NCBI GenBank assembly: GCA_036149055.1
Contig: JAYZQJ010000004.1
Coordinates: 64,001-128,000, forward strand
From: Myxococcota bacterium
Lineage (GTDB): Bacteria; Myxococcota_A; Polyangia; Polyangiales; Sandaracinaceae
Reading direction: 5' to 3'
Length of the DNA: 64,000 bases
The notes under the pieces are model-generated. The model was not told the origin of the DNA and did not search any database. It saw nothing but the letters and a program-made list of their open reading frames with translations. Made by a program: the position numbers and the translations under genes. The number at the start of each line of letters is the position of its first letter. The stretch's first letter is position 1. Below are positions 55,238 through 64,000 of the stretch, in pieces.

Positions 55238-56140
55238 ATGGGCGACGATTGGAACGGACCGGACTTCGCCGACGAGACCCTCCCCGTGCTCCGTCCACGG
55301 CGGGCCGAGCGCAAGGCGCCCGAGGCGCACCCGATGGACATCGCCGGGCAGACCGACGTCGGCTGCGCGCGGGATCACAACGAGGACACCTTCCTGATCG
55401 CCGACCTCGGGCGCTGGCTGGAGATCCGGGACGGCTCGCTCTCGATGCCGGAGGCGCAGCGGCGCATCCCCGGCCCCAAGGGGACCTTCCTCATGGTGGC
55501 CGACGGCATGGGCGGGCACGGCGGCGGCGAGGTCGCGAGCGCGGTCGCGGTCGACATGATCGCGCAGTTCGCGCTCTACGCGATGCCCTGGGTCACCGCG
55601 CCGAGCGACGAGGACGAGAAGGAGCTCTGCGAGCAGCTCGGGAACGCGCTGAGCCAGTGCCAGTCCCGCCTCGAGAAGGTCGCCGCGCGCAAGGAGATCG
55701 ACCAGCTCAACCCGGGCACCACGCTCACCGTGGGCTACGTGCTCTGGCCCAAGCTCTACGTCAGCCACGCCGGCGACAGCCGCCTCTACCTCCAGCGCGG
55801 CGACCGGCTGGTGCAGATCACGCGGGACCACACGGTCGGCCAGGCGCTCCGCGAGTCCGGCGCGATCCCCGCGGGACCCAGCCGCTTCGACCACATCCTG
55901 GTGAACGTGGTCGGCGGCGGCGGGGAGCGAGTCGACGCCGAGGCGCACGCGCTCACCCTCGAGCCGGGCGACCGCGTGCTGCTCTGCAGCGACGGGCTCA
56001 ACGGCCACGTGGCCGACGCCACCATCCTGCACGAGCTCCGCACCGCGCACACCTCGCGCGAGGTCTGCGAGCGCCTGATCGAGGCCGCCAAGGCGGGCGG
56101 CGGCCTCGACAACATCACGGTCGTCGTCGCCTCGTTCTAG
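55238..56140 (+). CDS. PP2C-family Ser/Thr phosphatase
   Basis: RDHNED, VADGMGGH, GTT, GDSR, LCSDGL, DNIT. Confidence 0.93.
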   Translation: MGDDWNGPDFADETLPVLRPRRAERKAPEAHPMDIAGQTDVGCARDHNEDTFLIADLGRWLEIRDGSLSMPEAQRRIPGPKGTFLMVADGMGGHGGGEVASAVAVDMIAQFALYAMPWVTAPSDEDEKELCEQLGNALSQCQSRLEKVAARKEIDQLNPGTTLTVGYVLWPKLYVSHAGDSRLYLQRGDRLVQITRDHTVGQALRESGAIPAGPSRFDHILVNVVGGGGERVDAEAHALTLEPGDRVLLCSDGLNGHVADATILHELRTAHTSREVCERLIEAAKAGGGLDNITVVVASF

Positions 56141-56157
56141 GTTCTAGCAGCGCGGTG

Positions 56158-56385
56158 CTAGCGCCGGAAGAAGTCGGCGAGCGGGTAGGCGGTGATCGAC
56201 TGGATGGTGCGCTTCTTCATCGGCTGCGCCGGCGCCTCGGTGGCGTCCTCCAGATAGCGACGGCCGAGGTCGTCCACGCTCGGGTTGAGCGGCTGGCGCT
56301 TCGGCGGGCCGTCACCGTCGTCCTCGAACACGTCGTAGACCTCGTCGTCGGGCGTGATGTCGTCGCAGTTCAGATCGTCTTCCAT
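56158..56385 (-). CDS. Small acidic hypothetical protein (75 aa)
   Basis: GAGGAG RBS, ATG at 56385, upstream sigma54 motif; MEDDLNCDDITPDDEVYDVFEDD... Confidence 0.6.
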   Translation of the reverse strand: MEDDLNCDDITPDDEVYDVFEDDGDGPPKRQPLNPSVDDLGRRYLEDATEAPAQPMKKRTIQSITAYPLADFFRR

Positions 56386-56415
56386 GCAGATGCTCCTCTT
56401 TCTGCGAGGAGCTTC

Positions 56416-56431
56416 CGCAAGAGCGACGCCA
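56416..56431 (-). promoter_or_regulatory. Sigma54 promoter
   Basis: Minus strand TGGCGTCGCTCTTGCG, GG-N10-GC. Confidence 0.6.
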
Positions 56432-56561
56432 GCCCGGGTGGCCGGGGCGCGGGGCGCCGCGCCGCGCCAGCGCATCCCGACGTGGCGGATCGACACGCCT
56501 CGATCGCCGCGCGCCTCGACCGGGCGGGGGAGGCACGGAGCGTGCTGCACTTCGCCCCACC

Positions 56562-57062
56562 ATGGAAGAAGTCCTCGCTCGGCTCCAGCTCGACGGTGTG
56601 GACGCGGTCGATCTCGCGGTGAACGTGAGCGTGCTCGCGATCGCGCTGCTCTTCTCCATGCCGGTCGCCTGGGACCGCGAGAAGAGCACGCGCGCGATGG
56701 GCCTGCGCACCTTTCCCCTGGTCGCGGTGGCGAGCGCGGCCTTCGTGCTCGTCGGGCGCGCGGTCATCGGCGACGGCGACCCCGACGCGCACGCGCGGGT
56801 CATCCAGGGGCTCGTGGCCGGCATCGGCTTCATCGGCGGCGGCGCCATCCTGAAGAAGGGTGACCGGGTCCTGGGCGCGGCCACCGCGGCGGCGATCTGG
56901 GCCACCGCCGGGATCGGCCTCGCGGTCGCCCACGGGCTCTACGCGGTCGCCGGCGTGCTCTCGCTCCTGAGCTTCGCGGTGCTCCGGCTGCTCCGCCCGG
57001 TGAAGGAGGCGATGAACGGCAACGACCAGTGGGCCGACGGGGTGAGCGACGAAGAGGAGTGA
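56562..57062 (+). CDS. MgtC/SapB family membrane protein
   Basis: DRE...GLRTFPLV; RVIQGLVAGIGFIGGGAI; ATAAAIW. Confidence 0.9.
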   Translation: MEEVLARLQLDGVDAVDLAVNVSVLAIALLFSMPVAWDREKSTRAMGLRTFPLVAVASAAFVLVGRAVIGDGDPDAHARVIQGLVAGIGFIGGGAILKKGDRVLGAATAAAIWATAGIGLAVAHGLYAVAGVLSLLSFAVLRLLRPVKEAMNGNDQWADGVSDEEE

Positions 57063-57108
57063 GGCGCCGCGGATTGTCTCGGGCCGGGGTGGTCCTAGGA
57101 GCAGGGGC

Positions 57109-58809
57109 GTGAAGAAGGTCGCTCAGCGTTCTCTCTGGCTGCTCGTCTTCGCGCTCGCGGCGAGCGCGTGCGGCGGCTCCAACCTGCGTCGCTTCGCGGC
57201 GCGCCCGGTCGTCTGGGACGACGCGGCGGATCGGCGCCCGTTCCGGCCGGCGCCCGAAGAGACCCACGTGACCAACTCGTGGCCGGCGATGGACAGCCTG
57301 ATCTTCAGGCCGCTGAGCCAGGTCTGGCTCTTCGAGCCGGGGACCCGCTCGCTGAACGTCAACGCGGTCGACGAGGTCCCCGACTCGAGCTGGTACCAGA
57401 ACCGGATCTCGCGCCGGCCGATGAGCCCGGAGGAGGTCGCGCGCGGCGCCTGCCCCGAGCTCGACCTGCCGGTGCGCGCGCCGTGGCGGATCGTCGACGG
57501 CAAGATCGACGGCGCGACCCTCGGCTTCCAGATCGAGGACGCCGACGGCAACCGCTACGTCCTGAAGATCGACCGAGCCCAGCAGCCCGAGCAGGCGACG
57601 GCGGCCGACGCGGTCGTCTCGTCGATTTTCCACGCGGCCGGCTACCACGTGCCCTGCAACCGGGTGGTCTTCTTCGAGCGCGACGAGCTGGTGATCTCCG
57701 CCGACGCGACCCTCTCCCACGCGGGCGGCGAGGAGCCGCTGACCTCCGACCACGTCGAGCGGGTCCTCGACGCGGCGCAGCGCACCGCCGACGGGCGCTA
57801 TCGCGCGACGGTCAGCCTCTACATCGACGGCCGCCCGATCGGGCCCTGGGACTACCGCGGCACCCGCGACGACGACCCGAACGACGTGATCCCGCACGAG
57901 CGGCGGCGCGAGCTGCGGGGCATGTACGTGCTCGCGGCCTGGGTCGGCCGGTGGGACGCGCGCCCGCACAACACCCTCAGCGCCTGGGTCGATCGCGGCC
58001 CCCAGGGCGGCTACGTGCGCCACTACGTGATCGACTTCGGCGAGTGCCTCGGCCTCGTCGAGGGCAACCACCGGCGCGCGAGGCGCTTCGGCCACTCGCA
58101 GTGGCTGGACACCCAGCACGTGGTCGAGGACGCGCTGACCTTCGGCGTCGTGCGCCGCCCCTGGGACGACGCGCCGGAGGGCCCGGAGGTCCTGGGCAAC
58201 TTCGACGTCGAGCACTTCGACGCCGACCAGTTCCGCCCGGACTACTGGAACGGCGCCTTCGACGCGCGCTCGGAGGCGGACTCGGCCTGGATGGCCCGGA
58301 TCATCGCCCGCTTCGACCGGCCGCACCTCGAGGCCGTCGTCCAGCTCGGGCGCTACAGCGATCCCGAGGTCCAGCGCACCCTCGTCGACGTCCTGATGGG
58401 TCGCCGCGAGCGCATCCTCGAGCGCTACCTCACCCGGCTGTCGCCGCTGAGCGACCCGCGCCTGCGCACCACCGCGGGCGGCGCGGAGGCCTGCTTCACC
58501 GACCTCGCCGTCGCCAGCGGCATCCGGGACGCCGCCGACCGGTCGCACCTGGCGCGGATCTACGCCGGCGACCCGCTCGCCCCGGTGTCCTCCCCGGACG
58601 TCCGGACCGGAGCCGGCGGCGAGATCTGCGTGCCGGTGCCGGCTCGCTCCGCCGAGTCCGCGGAGGAGGGCTACGTGGTCGTCGACGTGCACGCGTCGAC
58701 CCCGGGCCGCGATCAGCCGGCGCCGCTCCGCCTCCACCTCGTCATGAACGGCGCCAACGCCCAGATCGTGGGCCTCGAGCGCCCCGAGGGTCACTCTCCT
58801 CCCAGCTGA
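57109..58809 (+). CDS. Lipoprotein with atypical kinase-like motifs
   Basis: ASAC lipobox; YVLK, WDARPHN, YVIDFG. Confidence 0.65.
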   Translation: MKKVAQRSLWLLVFALAASACGGSNLRRFAARPVVWDDAADRRPFRPAPEETHVTNSWPAMDSLIFRPLSQVWLFEPGTRSLNVNAVDEVPDSSWYQNRISRRPMSPEEVARGACPELDLPVRAPWRIVDGKIDGATLGFQIEDADGNRYVLKIDRAQQPEQATAADAVVSSIFHAAGYHVPCNRVVFFERDELVISADATLSHAGGEEPLTSDHVERVLDAAQRTADGRYRATVSLYIDGRPIGPWDYRGTRDDDPNDVIPHERRRELRGMYVLAAWVGRWDARPHNTLSAWVDRGPQGGYVRHYVIDFGECLGLVEGNHRRARRFGHSQWLDTQHVVEDALTFGVVRRPWDDAPEGPEVLGNFDVEHFDADQFRPDYWNGAFDARSEADSAWMARIIARFDRPHLEAVVQLGRYSDPEVQRTLVDVLMGRRERILERYLTRLSPLSDPRLRTTAGGAEACFTDLAVASGIRDAADRSHLARIYAGDPLAPVSSPDVRTGAGGEICVPVPARSAESAEEGYVVVDVHASTPGRDQPAPLRLHLVMNGANAQIVGLERPEGHSPPS

Positions 58810-58908
58810 AACCCCTTGCATTTCGGGGCGGCGTCGATCTATGTGCGCTGCGTGGCGCGCGGCCCCACGACGGTCGCCGCGCCGGGTTCTGGCTAGAGGA
58901 GAGCAAGC

Positions 58909-59355
58909 ATGCGAGCGGTCTCGGTCCAATCATCCGAGCGCGGTCACCTACGCGTCTGGGGAACCGGCAGCTTCGAGAACGAGGCGGCCATGCGCTGGGT
59001 GGAGAACCTGGAGGACGCCCCCGACCTGGAGTGGGTCGTCTCGTCTCTGGACGAGGTGCTCGAGGCGGACGAGGCCGGAGACGCGCCCGATCCCCAGTCG
59101 GCCTCCCGCGCGATCGCGGCCGCCGAGACCGTCGCGGCGCTCGCCAGCGAGCCTGGCCCGCAGCTCCCGGAGGAGGTCCGGCAGTGGTGCTTCGACAACC
59201 CGGGCGCCGAGCTCGACGAGATCACCCCGCGGGCGCTCCAGGCGCTCGGCGTGGTGCTCGGGGAGTCCGAGCTGCGCGAGGTCTACGAGGCCGCCGGCGA
59301 GCTCGAGGGCTGGGAGGCCGAGGTCGAAGGCCTGCGGGATCGCCTCCGCGGTTGA
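58909..59355 (+). CDS. DUF4259-like protein
   Basis: WGTGSFENE, AIAAAETVA, SELRE...LRDRL; GAGGAG RBS. Confidence 0.75.
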   Translation: MRAVSVQSSERGHLRVWGTGSFENEAAMRWVENLEDAPDLEWVVSSLDEVLEADEAGDAPDPQSASRAIAAAETVAALASEPGPQLPEEVRQWCFDNPGAELDEITPRALQALGVVLGESELREVYEAAGELEGWEAEVEGLRDRLRG

Positions 59356-59396
59356 AGAATTCGCGGTCGCCCGCGTAAGTTGGCGCGAGCGCTCGC

Positions 59397-61178
59397 ATGT
59401 CCGCGATCCAAAGCCCGCCCCGCTTCGCCGCGTTCGGTCGCTACCTGCTGCTCGAGCGGATGGCGACCGGCGGCATGGCCGAGGTGTACCTCGCCAAGCA
59501 CTTCGCCGAGACGGGCGAGGTCAGCGATCTGCTCGCGGTCAAGCGCATCCGGCCCTCGCTCGCCGCGGACTCCGAGTTCATCCGGATGTTCCTCGACGAG
59601 GCCAAGATCGCGGGGCAGCTGCACCACCCCGGGATCGTCCAGATCCGCGAGCTCGGCCGCATCGGCGCCAGCCACTACCTCGCGATGGACTTCGTCTGGG
59701 GCAAGGACCTGCTCCAGATCATCCGGCGGTGCCGCATGCTCGGCGCGCAGCTCTCGCCGCCGCTCGTGGCCTGGCTCGGCGCGAGCCTCTGCGAGGCGCT
59801 GCACTACGCGCACACCCGGAGCGACAAGCACGGCGAGCCGATGCGGATCATTCACCGCGACGTCTCGCCGCAGAACGTGCTCGTCAGCTTCGACGGCCGG
59901 GTGAAGGTGATCGACTTCGGCATCGCCAAGGCGGCGTCGCGCAGCACCCACACCCAGGCCGGCGTGCTCAAGGGCAAGGTCGGTTACATGAGCCCCGAGC
60001 AGGTGCAGGGGAAGCGCATCGACCACCGCTCGGATCTCTTCGCGGTGGGGACCTGCCTCTGGGAGCTGCTGACCCTGCGCTCGCTCTTCGCGCGCGAGAA
60101 CAACTACGACGCGATGGAGAACGTGCGCCACGCGCGGACCCACCCGGTGCGGAAGCTCCGGCCGGACGTGCCGGAGGCGTTCGCGGCGGTGCTCGACCGC
60201 GCGCTCCAGGCGGACCCCGAGCAGCGCTGGCAGAGCGCGCGGGACATGAAGGAGGCGCTGCTCCGCTACGTGAGCGACGCCGACCCGAGCTTCGATCGCG
60301 TCACCGCGGTGGGCTGGATGCGGGACGCGTTCCGCAAGGAGTTCCACCTCGAGCGGGGCCGGCTCGAGGCCTTCGATCAGCTGGGGCGGCCCCAGGTGCG
60401 GCCGACCGACGAGCCGCGGCGGACCTCGGTGGTCGACCTCCAGATCCCCGACGCCGCGCCGCCGGACCCCGAGTGGGCCACCGAGCACGCGACCATCGAT
60501 CTCGATCTGCTCGCTCCCTTCGACGGCGGGCCGCCGATCGGGCCGGACGAGGTCTTCTTCACCGCCACCGAGATCACCGAGCCGCCGATCCCGCAGACCG
60601 ATCCCGGGCAGACGGTCGGCTCGGACGCGCCCCCGCCCCACGAGGCCGAGCCCGAGCCCCAGCCCGAGCCCCAGCCCGATCCGCAGCCGCTCCCGATGGG
60701 GGGCGACGTCTCGGTCGCGCCCCAGCGCATCGACTCCCAGGTGATCCGGTCGCTGATGCCCACCGAGGACGCCGAGGCGGAGGAGCGCAAGCGCTCGGCC
60801 CGGGAGCCGACCGCCCGGCAGCAGATCCCTCCGCGGGACGCCATCGCCCCGCCGGGCCGCCGCGGGAGCGGCGCCTTCGCCAAGGTGCTGGTGGCCCTGG
60901 TGTTCCTCGCCCTCGGCGTGGGCGGCGGCTGGGTGTGGTTCACGATGGCCGGTCGCGCGACCATCGAGGTGCGCACCGTGCCCGACGTGGGCGCGATCGT
61001 GCTCTTCGACGGCGCGAGCCGCGGGGCCGCCCCGCTCCGGCTGGAGGAGGTCGCCCCCGGCCGGCACGCGGTGACGATCGTCGCCGACGGCTACCGGGAC
61101 GTGACCCGGGAGCTCGACGTGGCCAGCCACGCCCACGTGGTGGTCGAGGTGGCCCTCGAGCCGCTCGACGATCCATGA
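59397..61178 (+). CDS. Membrane Ser/Thr protein kinase with PEGA-like domain
   Basis: GGMAEVY, HRDVSPQN, DFGIAK, GKVGYMSPEQ; TM; C-terminal PGRHAVTIVADGY. Confidence 0.93.
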   Translation: MSAIQSPPRFAAFGRYLLLERMATGGMAEVYLAKHFAETGEVSDLLAVKRIRPSLAADSEFIRMFLDEAKIAGQLHHPGIVQIRELGRIGASHYLAMDFVWGKDLLQIIRRCRMLGAQLSPPLVAWLGASLCEALHYAHTRSDKHGEPMRIIHRDVSPQNVLVSFDGRVKVIDFGIAKAASRSTHTQAGVLKGKVGYMSPEQVQGKRIDHRSDLFAVGTCLWELLTLRSLFARENNYDAMENVRHARTHPVRKLRPDVPEAFAAVLDRALQADPEQRWQSARDMKEALLRYVSDADPSFDRVTAVGWMRDAFRKEFHLERGRLEAFDQLGRPQVRPTDEPRRTSVVDLQIPDAAPPDPEWATEHATIDLDLLAPFDGGPPIGPDEVFFTATEITEPPIPQTDPGQTVGSDAPPPHEAEPEPQPEPQPDPQPLPMGGDVSVAPQRIDSQVIRSLMPTEDAEAEERKRSAREPTARQQIPPRDAIAPPGRRGSGAFAKVLVALVFLALGVGGGWVWFTMAGRATIEVRTVPDVGAIVLFDGASRGAAPLRLEEVAPGRHAVTIVADGYRDVTRELDVASHAHVVVEVALEPLDDP

Positions 61179-61217
61179 ATTTCGAGCCTCGCGGCGTCGC
61201 TGGTACGTTCGGCGGCG

Positions 61218-61772
61218 GTGCTCAGAGGTCCTCAGCGCTACGGGCTCGCCGCCGCGATCGGCGCCCTGATCATGGTCGGCTCCCAGCCGGGCCGGGCGGA
61301 GGCGCCGCACTACACCCTCGCCGAGGGGGTGCGGCTCGCGCCCGAGGTGCGCCAGACCCTGGGCCAGATCGCCGACGCCTTCCACGCGCGCACCGGGCGG
61401 GGCATTCACGTCACCAGCGGCACCCGCACCCCGCGGGAGCAAGCCGACGCGATGTACGACAAGCTCCGCCTCGGCGTCCAGCTGACCCGCCTGTACCGCG
61501 ACTACGAGGCCGCGTCCGAGATCCAGAGCGCCTACCGCGGCTGTCGACGGCGCGCGCGCCAGCGCTGCGTGCGGGAGATCGCCCGGGTGATCCGGCGGCA
61601 GGTGCGCCGCGGCTGCTACATCTCGCGCCACCTCCGGGCGAGCGCGGTGGACGTGCGGAGCCGGGACATGAGCCGGCGCGAGCGGCGGATCTTCGAGCAG
61701 GTCGTGCGCGGGTTCGCCGGCGTCTCGGTCCTCGAAGAGGGCCGCCCGCCCCACTTCCATCTCCAGATGTGA
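61218..61772 (+). CDS. Secreted M15/LAS-type Zn peptidase-like protein
   Basis: VTSGTRT..EQA; SRHLRASAVD (HxxxxxxD); HFH. Confidence 0.65.
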   Translation: MLRGPQRYGLAAAIGALIMVGSQPGRAEAPHYTLAEGVRLAPEVRQTLGQIADAFHARTGRGIHVTSGTRTPREQADAMYDKLRLGVQLTRLYRDYEAASEIQSAYRGCRRRARQRCVREIARVIRRQVRRGCYISRHLRASAVDVRSRDMSRRERRIFEQVVRGFAGVSVLEEGRPPHFHLQM

Positions 61773-61791
61773 GCGCCCGATCTGGGCTATC

Positions 61792-63414
61792 GTGTCCAGC
61801 GTGCGTCTCTCGATCCTTCTGTTCTGCTGCGCGCTCGTCGCCTGCAGCCCCGCGCCGTCGGGCGTCTCCTCGACCTCCCCGCTCGAGGTCCCCGAGCAGT
61901 CGCTGGACGGCCTCACGCTCGCCGCGGAGCCCACGCAGCGGCTCGAGACGCCGGCCGGGGCGACCCGGGCGTCGGCCCTGGTGACCCTCGAGGGCGACGC
62001 GGCGCCGCGCCTCTTCGCGCGCGCGATCGACGAGGCGGGTGAGGGCCCCTGGCAGGCGCTCGAGGTCACGTGGCGCGAAGACGGGATGCTGGTGGCGGTG
62101 GCCGACCTGGACCGGGTCGCGGCCGCGGTGGAGCTGCGGGTCGAGGGCCCGGTCACCTTCCTGACCTGGTCGGCGGTGGTCCCCGAGCCCGCGACCGCGC
62201 TCCCGGACGTAGGCGCGAGCCGGCAGGCGCTCACCGCGGAGCTGGCCGCGCTCGGCGTCGTGGCCCGCGAGGACTGGGGCGCCCGGGCGACGCGCTGCTC
62301 GGACGAGAACCGAAGCAAGTACCGCATCGCCGTGCACCACACGGTGACCGCGGCGATGGGCGACCCGGCGACCAACCTGCGCGGCATCCAGAGCTACCAC
62401 ATGGACGGCCGCGGCTGGTGCGACGTCGGCTACCACTTCCTCGTCTCGCTCGACGGCCGGGTCTGGGAGGGCCGGCCGATCCACCTGCTCGGCGCGCACG
62501 TCGGCGGGCACAACACCGGCAACATCGGCGTCTCGTTCATGGGCTGCTTCCACCCCACGAGCGACTGCTCGAGCTTCCCGCCCCAGGTCCCGCCCGACGA
62601 GATGATCGCGGGCGCGGCGAGCGTCATCGCGGGCCTCGCCGAGATCTACGGGATCCCCCGAGACGCGGCGAGCATCAAGGGGCACCGCGACCACACCAGC
62701 CAGTCGACCGCTTGCCCGGGCGACCACCTGCACGCCCGGCTCGGCGACCTGCGGAGCGGCATGGCCGGGGGCCCCGCCTGGGGCGCGCGCTACGTGACGC
62801 AGACCTTCCCGCTCGCGTCGGAGCCCTTCGAGCTGGCGCCCTACGAGCCGCGCGAGGGCTACCTCGAGCTGGAGAACGTGGGCACCGAGACCTGGCGCCC
62901 CGGCGAGGTCTTCCTCGGGACCACCGAGCCGCGGGACGGCTCGAGCGCGCTCTCGCACGCCAGCTGGGTGAGCACGCGTCGCGCCGCGACGGTGGATCGC
63001 GAGGTGGCGCCCGGCGAGACGGGCCGCTTCGTCTTCAGCGTGCAGGCGCCCGGGGTCCCGGGCGATCACCCGCAGTTCTTCAACCTCGTGCGCGAGGGCG
63101 TGGCCTGGTTCGGCGACCCCGGTCAGGGCGGCCCGCCCGACGATCAGCTCCAGATCCGGGTGACCACCCTCGACGTCGCGCCCTGGGAGCGACCGGACGC
63201 CGGCGTCACCCCTCCGCCGCCCACCGACGCGGGCGAGCCCCCGGTGACGCGCGACGCGGGGACCTTCGTCCCGGTGGACGCGGGCGACGGCCCCCCGCTC
63301 TCGGGCGGCTGCGGCTGCCGGGCCAGCGGCTCGGGCCCGTCGGCGACCTGGGCGCTCGCGGCGCTGGTCGGGCTGGCGATCACCGCGCGCAGGCGCCGGC
63401 GGCGAGCGCGCTGA
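61792..63414 (+). CDS. N-acetylmuramoyl-L-alanine amidase (Amidase_2/PGRP-like) lipoprotein with MYXO-CTERM-like tail
   Basis: LVAC lipobox; AVHHT, GWCDVGYHF, GAHVGGHN, GHRD...TACPG; GCGC...TM-RRRR. Confidence 0.9.
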   Translation: MSSVRLSILLFCCALVACSPAPSGVSSTSPLEVPEQSLDGLTLAAEPTQRLETPAGATRASALVTLEGDAAPRLFARAIDEAGEGPWQALEVTWREDGMLVAVADLDRVAAAVELRVEGPVTFLTWSAVVPEPATALPDVGASRQALTAELAALGVVAREDWGARATRCSDENRSKYRIAVHHTVTAAMGDPATNLRGIQSYHMDGRGWCDVGYHFLVSLDGRVWEGRPIHLLGAHVGGHNTGNIGVSFMGCFHPTSDCSSFPPQVPPDEMIAGAASVIAGLAEIYGIPRDAASIKGHRDHTSQSTACPGDHLHARLGDLRSGMAGGPAWGARYVTQTFPLASEPFELAPYEPREGYLELENVGTETWRPGEVFLGTTEPRDGSSALSHASWVSTRRAATVDREVAPGETGRFVFSVQAPGVPGDHPQFFNLVREGVAWFGDPGQGGPPDDQLQIRVTTLDVAPWERPDAGVTPPPPTDAGEPPVTRDAGTFVPVDAGDGPPLSGGCGCRASGSGPSATWALAALVGLAITARRRRRRAR

Positions 63415-63922
63415 GCTGCGCCTCCACCCAGCGCCGGGCCGCCGCCTCGCCGGCGTCGTCGAGGTGCCCCTCCACCCGGACGACGCGGTCGAGCACCGGC
63501 GGGGCGACCGTGTGGAAGACGTACTCGCCCTCCACGTCGTACTCCATGAGCGCGGGGTGACGGCAGACCGGGCCCTCGCACGCGATCGAGGGCTCGTCGC
63601 TCGGGTCCCGGTTGCGCCGCTGGAGATCGGCGTCGAGGCGCGCGAGGGCCGCGTCGAGCTCGGCGCCGCAGAGCCGGGAGGCCTCCCGGATCACGCCGTC
63701 CGGATCCCGGCGCGGATCCTGGTCCGAGGCGTCGACCTGCCAGAGCACGTAAACCAGCCCGCGGTCACGATCGACGAGCGAGGCCAGCGAGCGCTCTCCG
63801 CGCACGACCCGCACCATGGCGCGGTTCAGGGAGATGTCCGGCTCCCGCAGCGCGGCCCCCGACGAGCCCGCCGCGCCGCAGCCGAGGGAGAAGAGGATCG
63901 AGAGCCAGAGAGGTCGTCGCAC
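63380..63922 (-). CDS. Hypothetical lipoprotein
   Basis: SLGC lipobox; GC3-rich ORF. Confidence 0.6.
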   Translation of the reverse strand: MRRPLWLSILFSLGCGAAGSSGAALREPDISLNRAMVRVVRGERSLASLVDRDRGLVYVLWQVDASDQDPRRDPDGVIREASRLCGAELDAALARLDADLQRRNRDPSDEPSIACEGPVCRHPALMEYDVEGEYVFHTVAPPVLDRVVRVEGHLDDAGEAAARRWVEAQLSALAAGACAR

Positions 63923-63940
63923 GGCGGCGACGATAGCCGC

Positions 63941-64000
63941 TCACCGCTCGACCTTCACCCCGTTCCAGAAGGCGACGTAGCCCTCGATGTTCTTCGCGGC
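63941..64000 (-). CDS. 3' end of an unidentified gene running off the window
   Basis: ...AAKNIEGYVAFWNGVKVER* with GC3-rich codons. Confidence 0.5.
   Translation of the reverse strand, partial: AAKNIEGYVAFWNGVKVER

Noticed and set aside
60645..60690. EPEPQP repeat in the Ser/Thr kinase
   Set aside because: An ordinary short Pro-rich linker.

Overview
Very GC-rich bacterial DNA that looks like Myxococcota, probably Polyangia/Sandaracinaceae-like. That assignment is inferred from MYXO-CTERM-type tails, Cys-rich lipoproteins, a PEGA-domain Ser/Thr kinase and a kinase-sigma54 activator fusion. The centre (19.5-36 kb) is an apparently intact flagellar cluster: flgBC-fliEFGHIJK-flgDE, then fliLMNOPQ. 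A three-gene insert containing a type IV pilin splits it. Upstream lie a FleQ/FlrA-like sigma54 activator and a cytoplasmic kinase. Both flagellar operons have matching sigma54 promoters with a GTC-N8-GAC-like box about 100 bp upstream. Flagellar genes are unexpected in a lineage classically described as non-flagellated. A second notable locus (50.8-53.1 kb) holds a four-helix-bundle (Avd/23S-IVP family) gene flanked by inverted hexamer arrays. It is preceded by a long hairpin carrying GNA-triloop minihairpins and lies, together with an SMI1/KNR4 gene, between 32-bp direct repeats. It shares REP-like motifs with a 0.9-kb mosaic repeat upstream of flgB. The rest encodes signalling proteins, MscL, KptA/LysR, TesB, tandem M4-like peptidases, a haloperoxidase-like lipoprotein and cell-wall hydrolases. 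I recognised no rRNA, tRNA, CRISPR array, transposase or integrase. All calls are by-eye motif recognition, not database searches.
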